NCBI GenBank assembly: GCA_963790205.1
Contig: CAWBNQ010000002.1
Span: 64,001-128,000, forward strand
Reading direction: 5' to 3'
DNA length: 64,000 nt
DNA from: Nitrospirota bacterium
Lineage (GTDB): Bacteria > Nitrospirota > UBA9217
Shown: one piece after another, positions 28,882 through 38,700 of the stretch
Layout of the letters: each line of letters begins with the position of its first letter
Position numbering within the stretch: position 1 is the first letter of the stretch
Notes under the pieces: model-generated
The model's database searches: none
The model's input: only the letters and a program-made list of their open reading frames with translations
Told to the model about the DNA's origin: nothing
Made by a program: the position numbers and the translations under genes

Positions 28882-30159
28882 TCAGTTCGGCAACCGCTTT
28901 TTAAAAGTGAGCATGAGCAGCCCGGCAAGGACCAGGGAACAGGCCAGATAGAGCCACGCGCCGGTGAACGAGCCCGTTCTCTCCTTGATGAAGCCGGTGA
29001 TGGAGGGGCCGACAAACCCTCCCACGTTGCCGAAGGAGTTGATCAGGCCGATCGCGCCCGCGGCGGCCGTTCCCGAGAGGAACGTCGTGGGATAGGACCA
29101 CCAGACGCCGAAGGGAGCGTAGACGCCCACCGCGGCGAGGATCACGAAAAAGAAGGCGGCCCAGGGGTCCTTCATCACCACGCCTGCGCCCAGGCCGATC
29201 GCGCCGATGAACAGTCCAACGGCCCCGTGCCACCGTATCTCGTTCCGTTTCGACGAAGAATGGCCGATGGCGAGCATGGCGATAAGAGAGGCCGTCATGG
29301 GGACAGCCGTGAGCAAGCCGATGGCCAGGTTGGACCAGCCTGAGAGGGCCTTGAGGACCTGCGGCATCCAGTAGTTGAAACCCCAGAAACCGCTGATCCA
29401 GAGAAAATAGGCGGCGCAGAGTTTGAGCACTTCGGGCTCCCGGAAGGCTTCCAGGACGGTGTAACGCTGTACCGCTGTTTTCGCGCTCACCTCTTTTTGA
29501 TACTGATCGTCCAGGAAATCCTTCTCTTCTTCGGTGAGCCAGGCAGCATCCGCCGGCCGGTCCGCCATCCACCATACAATGACGAAGGCGAACAGGAGCG
29601 CCGGGGCCGCCTCAAGGAGGAAAAGGCCCCGCCACCCCCGAAGCCCGAAAAGCGGCACGCCGAGCATCCAGCCCGCCAGGGGCGCGCCCACGATGCCGGA
29701 AACCTGGAGCGAGGTCAGGAGGAGGGCGATCGCCCGGGCCCGGTCCTTCGCGCCGAACCAGCGCGGTATGCAGGTAGCGTAGATGACGGGATAGAGGCTC
29801 GCCTCGGCCGCGCCCAGAAGAAAGCGCAGCACGTAGAAGTGCCACGTCGTGGTCATGAAGGCCATGAGACCGGAGACGAGGCCCCACGTGAGCATGATCC
29901 GCGCGAGCCAGATTTTTGCGCTGTATCGTTCCGCGATCAACGCCCCGGGAATCTCGAACAGAATATAGCCGGCGAAAAAAATGCCCGCCCCCAGGCCGAA
30001 CATCCGGGCTGAAAGTCCGAGATCGTCGTTCATGGTCAGCGCCGCGTACCCGATATTCACCCGGTCGAGATAGGCGATGACGGAGGTGAAGAACAACGGC
30101 AGCACGATGTTCAGATAGGCCTTGCGTTTCGCGCTGCGCGCAACAGCGTATGGGTCCAT
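28882..30159 (-). CDS. MFS transporter, anion:cation symporter type (TtuB/HpaX-like)
   Basis: AYLDRVNIG, GAGIFFAGY, RFLLGAAEA and INSFGNVGGFVGP motifs. Confidence 0.92.
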   Translation of the reverse strand: MDPYAVARSAKRKAYLNIVLPLFFTSVIAYLDRVNIGYAALTMNDDLGLSARMFGLGAGIFFAGYILFEIPGALIAERYSAKIWLARIMLTWGLVSGLMAFMTTTWHFYVLRFLLGAAEASLYPVIYATCIPRWFGAKDRARAIALLLTSLQVSGIVGAPLAGWMLGVPLFGLRGWRGLFLLEAAPALLFAFVIVWWMADRPADAAWLTEEEKDFLDDQYQKEVSAKTAVQRYTVLEAFREPEVLKLCAAYFLWISGFWGFNYWMPQVLKALSGWSNLAIGLLTAVPMTASLIAMLAIGHSSSKRNEIRWHGAVGLFIGAIGLGAGVVMKDPWAAFFFVILAAVGVYAPFGVWWSYPTTFLSGTAAAGAIGLINSFGNVGGFVGPSITGFIKERTGSFTGAWLYLACSLVLAGLLMLTFKKRLPN

Positions 30160-30562
30160 CGCCCTGTCTCCTGGATAGAAATCGAAGTCGGTCCGTGCGA
30201 CCATCCTGAGCGTATCACAATGAAGGCGCGATGTCCAGAGTGGGTACGAGAAAGCGGGTGCAAGCAGCCGAGCTGCTCGATTCATCACCTGACGCTGAGG
30301 ACCGGCACCATGTCTATGTATAATCAATTATGGAAATCAGGCGAAAGAGTCAATCTGACGAAAGGATGATGGCAGACACAAGCAAGTGGCATCAACTCTG
30401 AGTTCTTAGGCCGTAGTTTTTAGCTCAATTCAAACAATCTTTCTCGCCGAGCTGTTACGTTATTTATGGTCTTTCCAACCGCCTCTGTTATAATCTAACG
30501 TAGGAACGATTGTTAAACTATGGGTCATGACCAACACTATAAGCATAAGCGCGAGGCGACGC

Positions 30563-31519
30563 ATGAAGATACGTAAACTGGGAAATTCCGATCTATCCAT
30601 CACTCCCGTCGGGTACGGGGCCTGGGCCATCGGCGGCGCGGGATGGGAATACGGCTGGGGAGTGCAGAAGGACGAGGATTCCATCTCCGCGATTATGAAG
30701 GCGCTTGAACTGGGGGTGAACTGGATCGATACGGCCGCTGTCTACGGTCTCGGCCATTCCGAGGCGGTCGTGGCTCGGGCGATCGCGGACTGGCCGGGGC
30801 ACCGACCATACGTTTTTACCAAATGCGGGCTTCGCTGGGACGCGGAGGGGAAGGTCCGCCGCGTGCTCACCGCGGACTCGATACGCCGTGAATGCGAAGA
30901 AAGCCTGCACAGACTCAAGGTCGATGCCATCGACCTCTATCAGGTCCACTGGCCGCCGGAGAATGACGGCGTCGAGCTTGAAGAAGGGTGGGCCGCCATG
31001 GCCACCCTCCAGCGGGAAGGAAAGGCGCGCTGGATCGGCGTGTCGAACTTCAACGCGGCGCAGATTGAGCGCGCCCGGGTCATCGCGCCCGTTACCTCGC
31101 TCCAGCCTCCTTACTCGCTTATCCGGCGCGATATCGAATCCGGGGTCCTTCCTTTTTGCCGGCAGGCGGGGATCGGCGTGATCGCGTACGCGCCGATGGC
31201 GTTGGGACTGCTCACCGGCGCCATGACGCGGGAGCGCGCGGCTCGTCTTCCGGCTGACGATTGGCGTAGCCGCAGCCCCGAGTTCAACGAGCCCAACCTT
31301 TCCCGGAACCTCGCCCTGGTCGAGCGGCTCCGGGTGGTGGGCAAACGCCACGGCCGCTCAGCCGGAGAAGTCGCAGTCGCCTGGACGCTCAGGCACCCGG
31401 CGGTGACCGGCGCCATCGTCGGCGCGCGGAACGCGGCCCAGGCGGAAGGCGTGATGGGAGCAGGAGAATTCACGCTGAGCGCGGAGGACATCGCCGAGAT
31501 CGAGGGGCGGGCCGAATAA
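30563..31519 (+). CDS. Aldo/keto reductase
   Basis: DTAAVYG, TKCG, DLYQVHWP, IGVSN and QPPYS motifs. Confidence 0.95.
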   Translation: MKIRKLGNSDLSITPVGYGAWAIGGAGWEYGWGVQKDEDSISAIMKALELGVNWIDTAAVYGLGHSEAVVARAIADWPGHRPYVFTKCGLRWDAEGKVRRVLTADSIRRECEESLHRLKVDAIDLYQVHWPPENDGVELEEGWAAMATLQREGKARWIGVSNFNAAQIERARVIAPVTSLQPPYSLIRRDIESGVLPFCRQAGIGVIAYAPMALGLLTGAMTRERAARLPADDWRSRSPEFNEPNLSRNLALVERLRVVGKRHGRSAGEVAVAWTLRHPAVTGAIVGARNAAQAEGVMGAGEFTLSAEDIAEIEGRAE

Positions 31520-31586
31520 AGCTGAGGCGTTCGGTCGTAATCCCTCAGAGACGCCTTCTGAGCGGGAAGCCGGGAAGGATATCTTA

Positions 31587-31775
31587 ATGCTGGAAGCGAA
31601 AGATTTTGTTATAGGTTGCCTGTCGATACTATTATGCGCAGTTTTAGTCCCCCTCTTTTTTCTGGTCTTCAAGTTGACCCTTTTTCTTGCTGTCTTCCTT
31701 GCAATCATTACCGGCATTATCTTAGGGATAACTGTTTTAGGGAGAATAGTGAGACTCTTTTTCACGGGGAAATGA
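31587..31775 (+). CDS. Small two-TM membrane protein
   Basis: 62-aa strongly hydrophobic ORF with RBS AAGGA. Confidence 0.6.
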   Translation: MLEAKDFVIGCLSILLCAVLVPLFFLVFKLTLFLAVFLAIITGIILGITVLGRIVRLFFTGK

Positions 31776-32061
31776 TCACGGGACTTTAAACATCCCGGGA
31801 GCAGTCCATACTGTTTGGCTTTCCCCATGACCTTCCCGGTTGTTGTCATACAGGCTCTGGAACTATCGTGGTTGATATCAGTTCAGCGTTCGGAGTTCGA
31901 AGTCAAAGCATTCGTACAGCCAGATCGAGCAATTCTGAGCAATGCTGCAGAAAGACCGGGGAATGCGTACGTGAGGCGATGCAGGTGTTGTATAATAGAA
32001 GCAGCAGCGGTGTATCTTCTGTGCGGCACATCTGAGCTGCCGCGCTCCGGCGAGGTGCGAT

Positions 32062-32202
32062 ATGACGACCTTTCTGATCATCGTGGCCATTGTTGCGGCA
32101 ATCTACATCTATGCAGCTATCGCCTACTACTACGGGTTCAAGAACTGGTACCCCCTGTGCGGCTGCAAAGGGGCAAAATGCGATCCTAAGAGACCCTTGT
32201 AG
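32062..32202 (+). CDS. Small TM plus Cys-rich protein (46 aa, not in the ORF track)
   Basis: MTTFLIIVAIVAAIYIYAAIAYYYGFKNWYPLCGCKGAKCDPKRPL; RBS GAGGTG; TATAAT at 31991. Confidence 0.65.
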   Translation: MTTFLIIVAIVAAIYIYAAIAYYYGFKNWYPLCGCKGAKCDPKRPL

Positions 32203-32575
32203 ACTGGACGGCGCGAGGGTCGCCCGTGAAAAAATATGCCGGGTCGATGAAAGATTCAGCTTCATGTTTCAATCAGAAGAGCTGTTCCAGAAGAGCTGTT
32301 CCCGCCCGAATTCAGCAACCCGGGATCCGCAATTGAATTCCGGAGCGGGCACTAGCGAGCGAATGCGATAGTGTTCCAACCTTAAGAATCGAGCTCCTCC
32401 ATCCGGAAGGAGCTTCAATAATTCCGCGGTCGGCAGTCGCCGCGCTGCACTGGCCGTTCCGCACTCTGAACTGGACTTGATCCCCCGTTCTATGCTATTC
32501 TCCAGCCGGTATCGCCCATTACACACGCGAAGCGAGCTTTAGCGGGAAACGATTCGGGCCGCCGGAACAGGACCA

Positions 32576-33307
32576 ATGGAACGACTGTCAAAAAATGATG
32601 TATTGGCCCTGGCCAGGACGAGCGGCGATGTATCTCTTTCCGACCTTTCCGGTTTGAACCTCCGAGGGGTGGAGCTGCTCGGCATGCGTTTCGACGGGTC
32701 GAATCTCAAAGGCGCGGACCTGTCGAGCTCCAACCTGAGCGGGTCGAGCTTCAGGAATGCCGATCTCTCAGGCTGCAACCTGGGCAACTCCAATTTTACC
32801 GGTTGCTTGTTCACACAAGCGTGTCTCGACAAGGCAGACCTTACTCATGCCAGCTTTGTCGGCGCCGATTTTACGGGGGCCACCCTCCTGGAAGCAAATT
32901 TCACAAACGCGAATATCTCCGGCGCCGTCTTCGAGAAGGCCGATCTCACGCGGGCCAATATCCAGATGACAGACGGGGCGATGATCCGGTGCAGCGGGGC
33001 GGCCATGGTGAAGATCAACGCACGGAGCGCAAGCCTGATCGGCGCGGTCCTCTCCGGGTGCGATCTGCGCGGCGCGAACCTCCACGGCACGGACCTCAGC
33101 AACGCGAACCTTTCCTCCGCTGACCTGCGGGAAGCGGACATCCTCGATGCGACGCTGACGGCGGCCGACCTCACGAATGCCGACATCCGCCAGGCCCGTT
33201 TGAAGCGGACCGACCTTACGCGTGCAAAATCCGACGGCCTGAAGCACGATGAAGAGCTGCGGGAACTCCTGGCCCGCTTTACCCGACAGAAATCGAAAGC
33301 GTCGTAG
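32576..33307 (+). CDS. Pentapeptide repeat protein
   Basis: Continuous A(D/N)LxX repeats over most of the length. Confidence 0.93.
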   Translation: MERLSKNDVLALARTSGDVSLSDLSGLNLRGVELLGMRFDGSNLKGADLSSSNLSGSSFRNADLSGCNLGNSNFTGCLFTQACLDKADLTHASFVGADFTGATLLEANFTNANISGAVFEKADLTRANIQMTDGAMIRCSGAAMVKINARSASLIGAVLSGCDLRGANLHGTDLSNANLSSADLREADILDATLTAADLTNADIRQARLKRTDLTRAKSDGLKHDEELRELLARFTRQKSKAS

Positions 33308-33353
33308 AATATCAAGTTCCGCATTCCGCATTCCGAATTTGAAAGGACCGTTC

Positions 33354-34355
33354 GTGCCATCCCTTACTGAAAGCAGAAGACAAACACAACTCCAGGTCCG
33401 AGATCTCAGTATCTCTCCGCCCCTGCTTCTGGCGCCGATGGCAGGCCTTACCCACACCGCTCTCCGGCAGATCATCTCCGGCTTCGGCGGGGCCGGTCTT
33501 TTATCAACGGAAATGCTCGGGGCGAAAAGACTGCCCGTGGAAAATCCCGGGATCTCTCCGTATCTGATCAGGACGGCTTCGGAAAAACCGCTTTCCTACC
33601 AGCTCCTGGTCGCGGACGCCGGCGAGCTCGCGCGGGCCATCGACGCGCTTCACGCGTTCAAGGCCGATGCTGTTGATCTGAACATGGGCTGCCCGGCCCC
33701 GGCCGTGCGCCGGCTTGGTGCGGGAGCCAGCCTGATGGAGCAGCCGGAGGATGTCCGCCACATCGTGGCCGAGGCACGGAAGCGCACCGTCCTGCCCCTG
33801 AGCGCAAAGATCAGGCTCGGCAGCGAACCCGACGAGCGGAAATTAAATGCCTTCTGCGCCATGCTCGAGGACGAGGGCATTGATATGCTTTCCATCCATG
33901 CCCGGTTCACAAAAGAGTCCTTTGCCCGAAGGCCGCGATGGGAGTGTATCGCAGGAGTAAAGGAGCGGCTCGGAATTCCCGTCATCGCCAACGGCGGGAT
34001 CTTTTCCGTCCAGGATGCGGAAGAGTGTCTGCGCGTCTCAGGCGCGGACGGACTGATGCTCGGACGCGGGGCGGCGATAAAGCCGTGGCTCTTTGCGGAA
34101 ATTGCCCGGGACGTGTACGGCTGCGCCACGACGGTACCGGCAGTGTCCCTGCCGGCGGTGTACGCTGACTTTGTCGACCATCTTTCCGGACTGTTTCGGC
34201 CGGAATATCGGCTGGGCAGGCTCAAGGAGTTCACCCATTATTTCGCCCGGAATTACAAGTTCGGACACTACCTGGCATCCCGGGTCCAGTCCAGCAGCAG
34301 TCTGGATGAAGCGCGGGAACGGGCTGCTCTTTTTTTTGAAAACGGCATGGAATGA
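33354..34355 (+). CDS. tRNA-dihydrouridine synthase family protein
   Basis: LAPMAGLT, DLNMGCP, KIRLG, IHAR, IANG and MLGRG motifs; GTG start after GAAAGGA. Confidence 0.92.
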   Translation: MPSLTESRRQTQLQVRDLSISPPLLLAPMAGLTHTALRQIISGFGGAGLLSTEMLGAKRLPVENPGISPYLIRTASEKPLSYQLLVADAGELARAIDALHAFKADAVDLNMGCPAPAVRRLGAGASLMEQPEDVRHIVAEARKRTVLPLSAKIRLGSEPDERKLNAFCAMLEDEGIDMLSIHARFTKESFARRPRWECIAGVKERLGIPVIANGGIFSVQDAEECLRVSGADGLMLGRGAAIKPWLFAEIARDVYGCATTVPAVSLPAVYADFVDHLSGLFRPEYRLGRLKEFTHYFARNYKFGHYLASRVQSSSSLDEARERAALFFENGME

Positions 34356-34436
34356 AACATCCTAGGTCTCTCCTGTTGAATGGTATACTCAAACTTTCTA
34401 GGAGAAAGAAAATTACAGGAAGAGCTTGAAAGCGCT

Positions 34437-35378
34437 ATGACATCGGCATCAACATGGCTCCCCTCCGCGAGTACGCGCCTGAACGAAGGCTGCGAATACC
34501 GCGAACGGCTCGGCTTTGGTGCCGAGGCCCGGATGTTGCTGGCTTATCTCAGTCAACGCTATGGTCACTCCTCCGAGGCAGAGTGGGCGGCGCGCATTGA
34601 GTCCGGTCACGTGCTCATCGACGACCAGCCGGCGCATTCCGAAAGCGTATTACGAAAGGGATGCGAGCTTGTTTGGCAGCGCCCGCCATGGATCGAACCC
34701 GATGCGCCCAGGTCATTTACGGTCCTTTACGAAGATGAGGATGTGCTCGCAGTGGCCAAGCCGGCCGGGTTGCCGACGCTTCCGGGCGCTAATTTCCTGA
34801 ACGCAACGCTCTTGTATCTGGTACGCGCCTATGCGCCTGACGCCGCCCCGCTCCATCGTTTGGGGCGGTGGACATCGGGCCTGGTGCTGTGTGCCCGAAA
34901 CCATAAGGCCCGGACAGAATTGATGCGGCAGTGGTCAGCGAAAGAAGTCGGCAAACGCTACCGCGCGCTTGCCAGCGGGCTTCCTGATCTCGATGAGATG
35001 ACGATCTCCACGCCCATCGGCCCAGTGCCGCACGCCTTGCTCGGTTCGCTTCATGCCGCCTCTCCGAAAGGCAAGCCCTCCTTGTCCCAGGTGATCGTCC
35101 TCGAACGCCGCGCAGATTCCTTCCTTTGTGACGTGCGTATTGCGACAGGCCGGCCTCACCAGATCCGGATCCACCTGGCAGCGGCAGGACACCCTCTGGT
35201 TGGCGATCCGCTTTATGGCGCGAGCGGTCTCTTCGCGCCGGACACGCGTGCTTTGCCGGGCGATCCAGGCTACCTTCTTCATTCCGCAGAACTGAGCTTT
35301 CGCCATCCCACCACCGGGCGCGAGGTCGTCATCGAGTGCGAGCCCCCATCGCTGTTGCGTCTTTCAACAGAAGCGTGA
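34437..35378 (+). CDS. RluA family pseudouridine synthase; start uncertain
   Basis: KPAG, HRLGRWTSG, TGRPHQIR, GDPLY and LHS motifs. The usual catalytic HRLD reads HRLG here. Confidence 0.85.
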   Translation: MTSASTWLPSASTRLNEGCEYRERLGFGAEARMLLAYLSQRYGHSSEAEWAARIESGHVLIDDQPAHSESVLRKGCELVWQRPPWIEPDAPRSFTVLYEDEDVLAVAKPAGLPTLPGANFLNATLLYLVRAYAPDAAPLHRLGRWTSGLVLCARNHKARTELMRQWSAKEVGKRYRALASGLPDLDEMTISTPIGPVPHALLGSLHAASPKGKPSLSQVIVLERRADSFLCDVRIATGRPHQIRIHLAAAGHPLVGDPLYGASGLFAPDTRALPGDPGYLLHSAELSFRHPTTGREVVIECEPPSLLRLSTEA

Positions 35379-35770
35379 ATGGTGCGACCCTCCTTTGGCG
35401 ATAGTACTCTTCCCAACAGGACTCCTCATCCATCATTAGGAAAAAACCGTAAGAGTTCATCGCATTCCTTGAAGGATAGACCGCAGCACGTTATTTCTCA
35501 AGAAAGAGACATCTCTTCCAAAAAAAACCTTTCCCTGTTTTTTCCTCAGACGCACCCCTGGGTGCTATACTTGTATCAACTCGATCATTTGTGGCTCCAA
35601 GCCGGTCCCAACACGTGTAAACGAACCGGATCTGAACATCCGGAGTTGTTTGTCGGGAACAAAGATTGCTCTCCTGTATTTTACCGTAAAAAAAATGCCG
35701 TCATACGTGAGGTTCTGACGCTTCCTGCGGCAGCGGGGCTATGCTGCCCCGAGGAAAACCGAGGGGAACT

Positions 35771-38700
35771 TTGCTGAATAACCTGCCCAAAAAACAGAAT
35801 ACATTATCGCAGGGAATACCGCCGCAGCCGGCTTGCGTGGGCGTGAACATCGGCGCCATAACGGTGAAGGTGGTGGCCCTGCGAGAGGACGATGTCTTCT
35901 CCAGGATGAGGACCCATCAGGGCCGTCCCCTGGAGACGCTTGAGGAGATGCTCGCCGAAAAGGAGCTTAGCGGCGCCGAATATTTCGGGGTGTCCGGCCG
36001 CCGGGGCCACATCACCGAGGTTGCCGCCATAGAGCGGGCTTTGGCTGAGCTGGGGTGCGATTTTGATGCTGTCGCTTCGCTGGGCGGCGAGTCCTTCCTG
36101 GTTTACCTCCTGGCAAACAACAGGATCACGAATGTGCTTTCGCACAATAAATGCGCTGCCGGAAGCGGCGAGTTCTTTGTGCAGCAGATCACACGGATGA
36201 GGCTCACTATTGAGGAAGCAATAGAGCGCTCGTTCATGGGGAAGGTCGTGCCCCTGGCAAGCCGGTGCTCGGTCCACTGCAAATCGGACATCACCCACAA
36301 GCTCAACCGGAATGAGGCGAGCCCCCAAGACATCCTGCACACGCTGCATGACAGCATGGCCGACAAGGTGGTCTCGCTGCTCGAAAAGGGACAGCAACAG
36401 CTCAAACGGATTCTCGTCATCGGGGGCGTATCCCAAAACGCCGCCCTCTTGTCTGCTTTGCGAAAGAAGCTACCCTCCACGGAAATCGTCGTTGTTCCCG
36501 AGAGCCTTTGCTTCGAGGCCCGGGGGTGCGCGTTGCTCACCCGGGATGATCCTCGTTACCGTTCTCCGAAGATCTCGCTCCAGCCGGTCCTGGAGAGCTT
36601 TCCGCCGCTTCATTGCCAGGCGGGCAGGGTGCAGGTCATATCGCCGATGCCGCTACAGGCCCCTCCGGATGGTTCGCTGGTCCTTGGTCTTGATGCGGGA
36701 TCGACGACGACCAAGGCTATTCTGCTCGATCCTTCCACAAGGGGTGTGGTCGCATCGCACTATACCCGTACGCGAAGCGATCCCGTGGCAGCGACGCGCG
36801 AGTGCCTCAGGGCCGTCGCGCAAGAGGCCGGCAACCTTAGGGTCGGACTGGCTGGGACCACCGGCTCGGCCCGCGAACTGGTTGGTGCCTACCTGGGCAC
36901 CTCCCACGTATACAATGAGATCTCGGCTCATGCGACAGGGGCGACCCATTTCGACCCTGACGTGGACACCATCTTCGAGATCGGCGGCCAGGACTCCAAG
37001 TACATCCGTCTCAGGAACGGCGTGCCTGTTGATTACGCGATGAACAACGCTTGCTCAGCCGGCACCGGCTCTTTTCTGGAAGAGAGCGCCCAGGGCGACC
37101 TCGGCATCACAGTGTCGGAGATCGCCGGGGCCGCGCTCTCCGCAGCGTCTCCAGTGCAGTTAAAGGCAACCTGCGCAGCGTTCATCAATTCCGACATCCG
37201 CATCGCATTCCAGCAGGGCCAGTCGCGCGAGAACATCGTTGCCGGGCTGGTTTACGCGATTGCCGCAAACTATCTCACCAAGGTCAAAGGGCCGCGCGTC
37301 GTGGGCAAGAAGGTGTTCCTGCAGGGCGGCGTTGCCTTGAACCGCGCCGTGGGCCACGCCTTTGCCCAGAGCGTGGACCGCACGGTCGTGGTCCCCCCGA
37401 GCCCCGAACTGATGGGAGCACTGGGCGTCGCGCTTCTGGCCCTTACGCGGTCCCGCGGCGAGTTTGATCTGGCTACGGACCTGCTTTCCCTGGCCAAGGC
37501 GGAGATGGCGTCCCCGGGGCGCTTCATTTGCAAGGCATGCCGGATGCACTGCAGCATCGACCGCTTCGAGGTGGCCGGCCGGCGCTTCCCCTTTGGCGGG
37601 CGCTGCAGCCTGTACGAAAATATATGGAAGAGAAACGCCCGCGTTGTTGCTGCGCCTGACCTGGTCGGACAACGGGCCGAAATGATTTTTGGAACTACCG
37701 ACGATCAGGTCGAAGGGCTGGCGATGGATCGCGGTCAGCCGGCCATAGGAATTCCGAGAGCGCTCTTAACGCACTCGCTCTACCCTCTCTATTCGACCTT
37801 CTTCTTAAGCCTGGGACTGGATGTGGTCCTGTCCGGCCTCGACCCCCGCGGCGAACTCAAGTCCTATTCCGGCTTTTGCTTTCCCGCGCAGACAGCGCAC
37901 GGGGCAATTCTGGATCTTGTCAAACGAGGCGTGAACCTGGTCTTTATGCCCCATGTGAAACGTATGCCCCGGCCCGGCCAGTGCCGTGATTCCTTCCTCT
38001 GCCCGATCACCCAGGCCAGCCCCTTTTTCCTTGGCGCGGCATTTTCAGACGTCCGCTTTCTTTCCCCCGTCCTGGATTTCAGCCGCGGCTACGAATGCGG
38101 TCCGAACCTGGAGGAGATAGTTGCTCGCGAGTTCGGGATCGGACGCGAACGGGTCCACCGGGCCTGGGAAGCGGCAAGGGGAGCTCAGATGGGTGTCGAA
38201 CGCGCCATGCGAGAGCTTGGACAGCATGCCCTCGCCCGTGCGCTGTTCGAAGGAAAGCCGACGATCGTGCTTGCCGGCCGCAGCTACAACGCTTATGCAG
38301 CCGAGGCTTCTCAATCAATCGGCAGGAAACTCTCGAGCATGGGCGTGGCGACTATCCCGGCTGATTGCCTGGAGCCGATAGAAGAGGGGCCCCTTGCATG
38401 GCACTTCTCCAACCAGGTCCTGAACGCCATGGCCCTGGCCAAAAAACATCCCACCCTGTTTCTGGTCTGCATCAGCAATTTTAGCTGCACCGTGGACGCC
38501 TTTACCCACGCCAGGGTCGCGTCCGAGATGGGTTCCAAGCCGTACCTGATTCTCGAAATCGACGCGCACACTGCCGACGCAGGGATCCAGACCCGCCTTG
38601 AAGCGTTCCTGGACATCGTTCATAACTATCATGCTGCGCCCGCCATACAAAGTGAAAAGTTCTCTTTGTGCCGGGTCGGCGAAGGCAATACGGTCATCCG

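Noticed and set aside
32274..32301. Tandem duplication CAGAAGAGCTGTTC x2
   Set aside because: Isolated two-copy intergenic duplication with no associated element.
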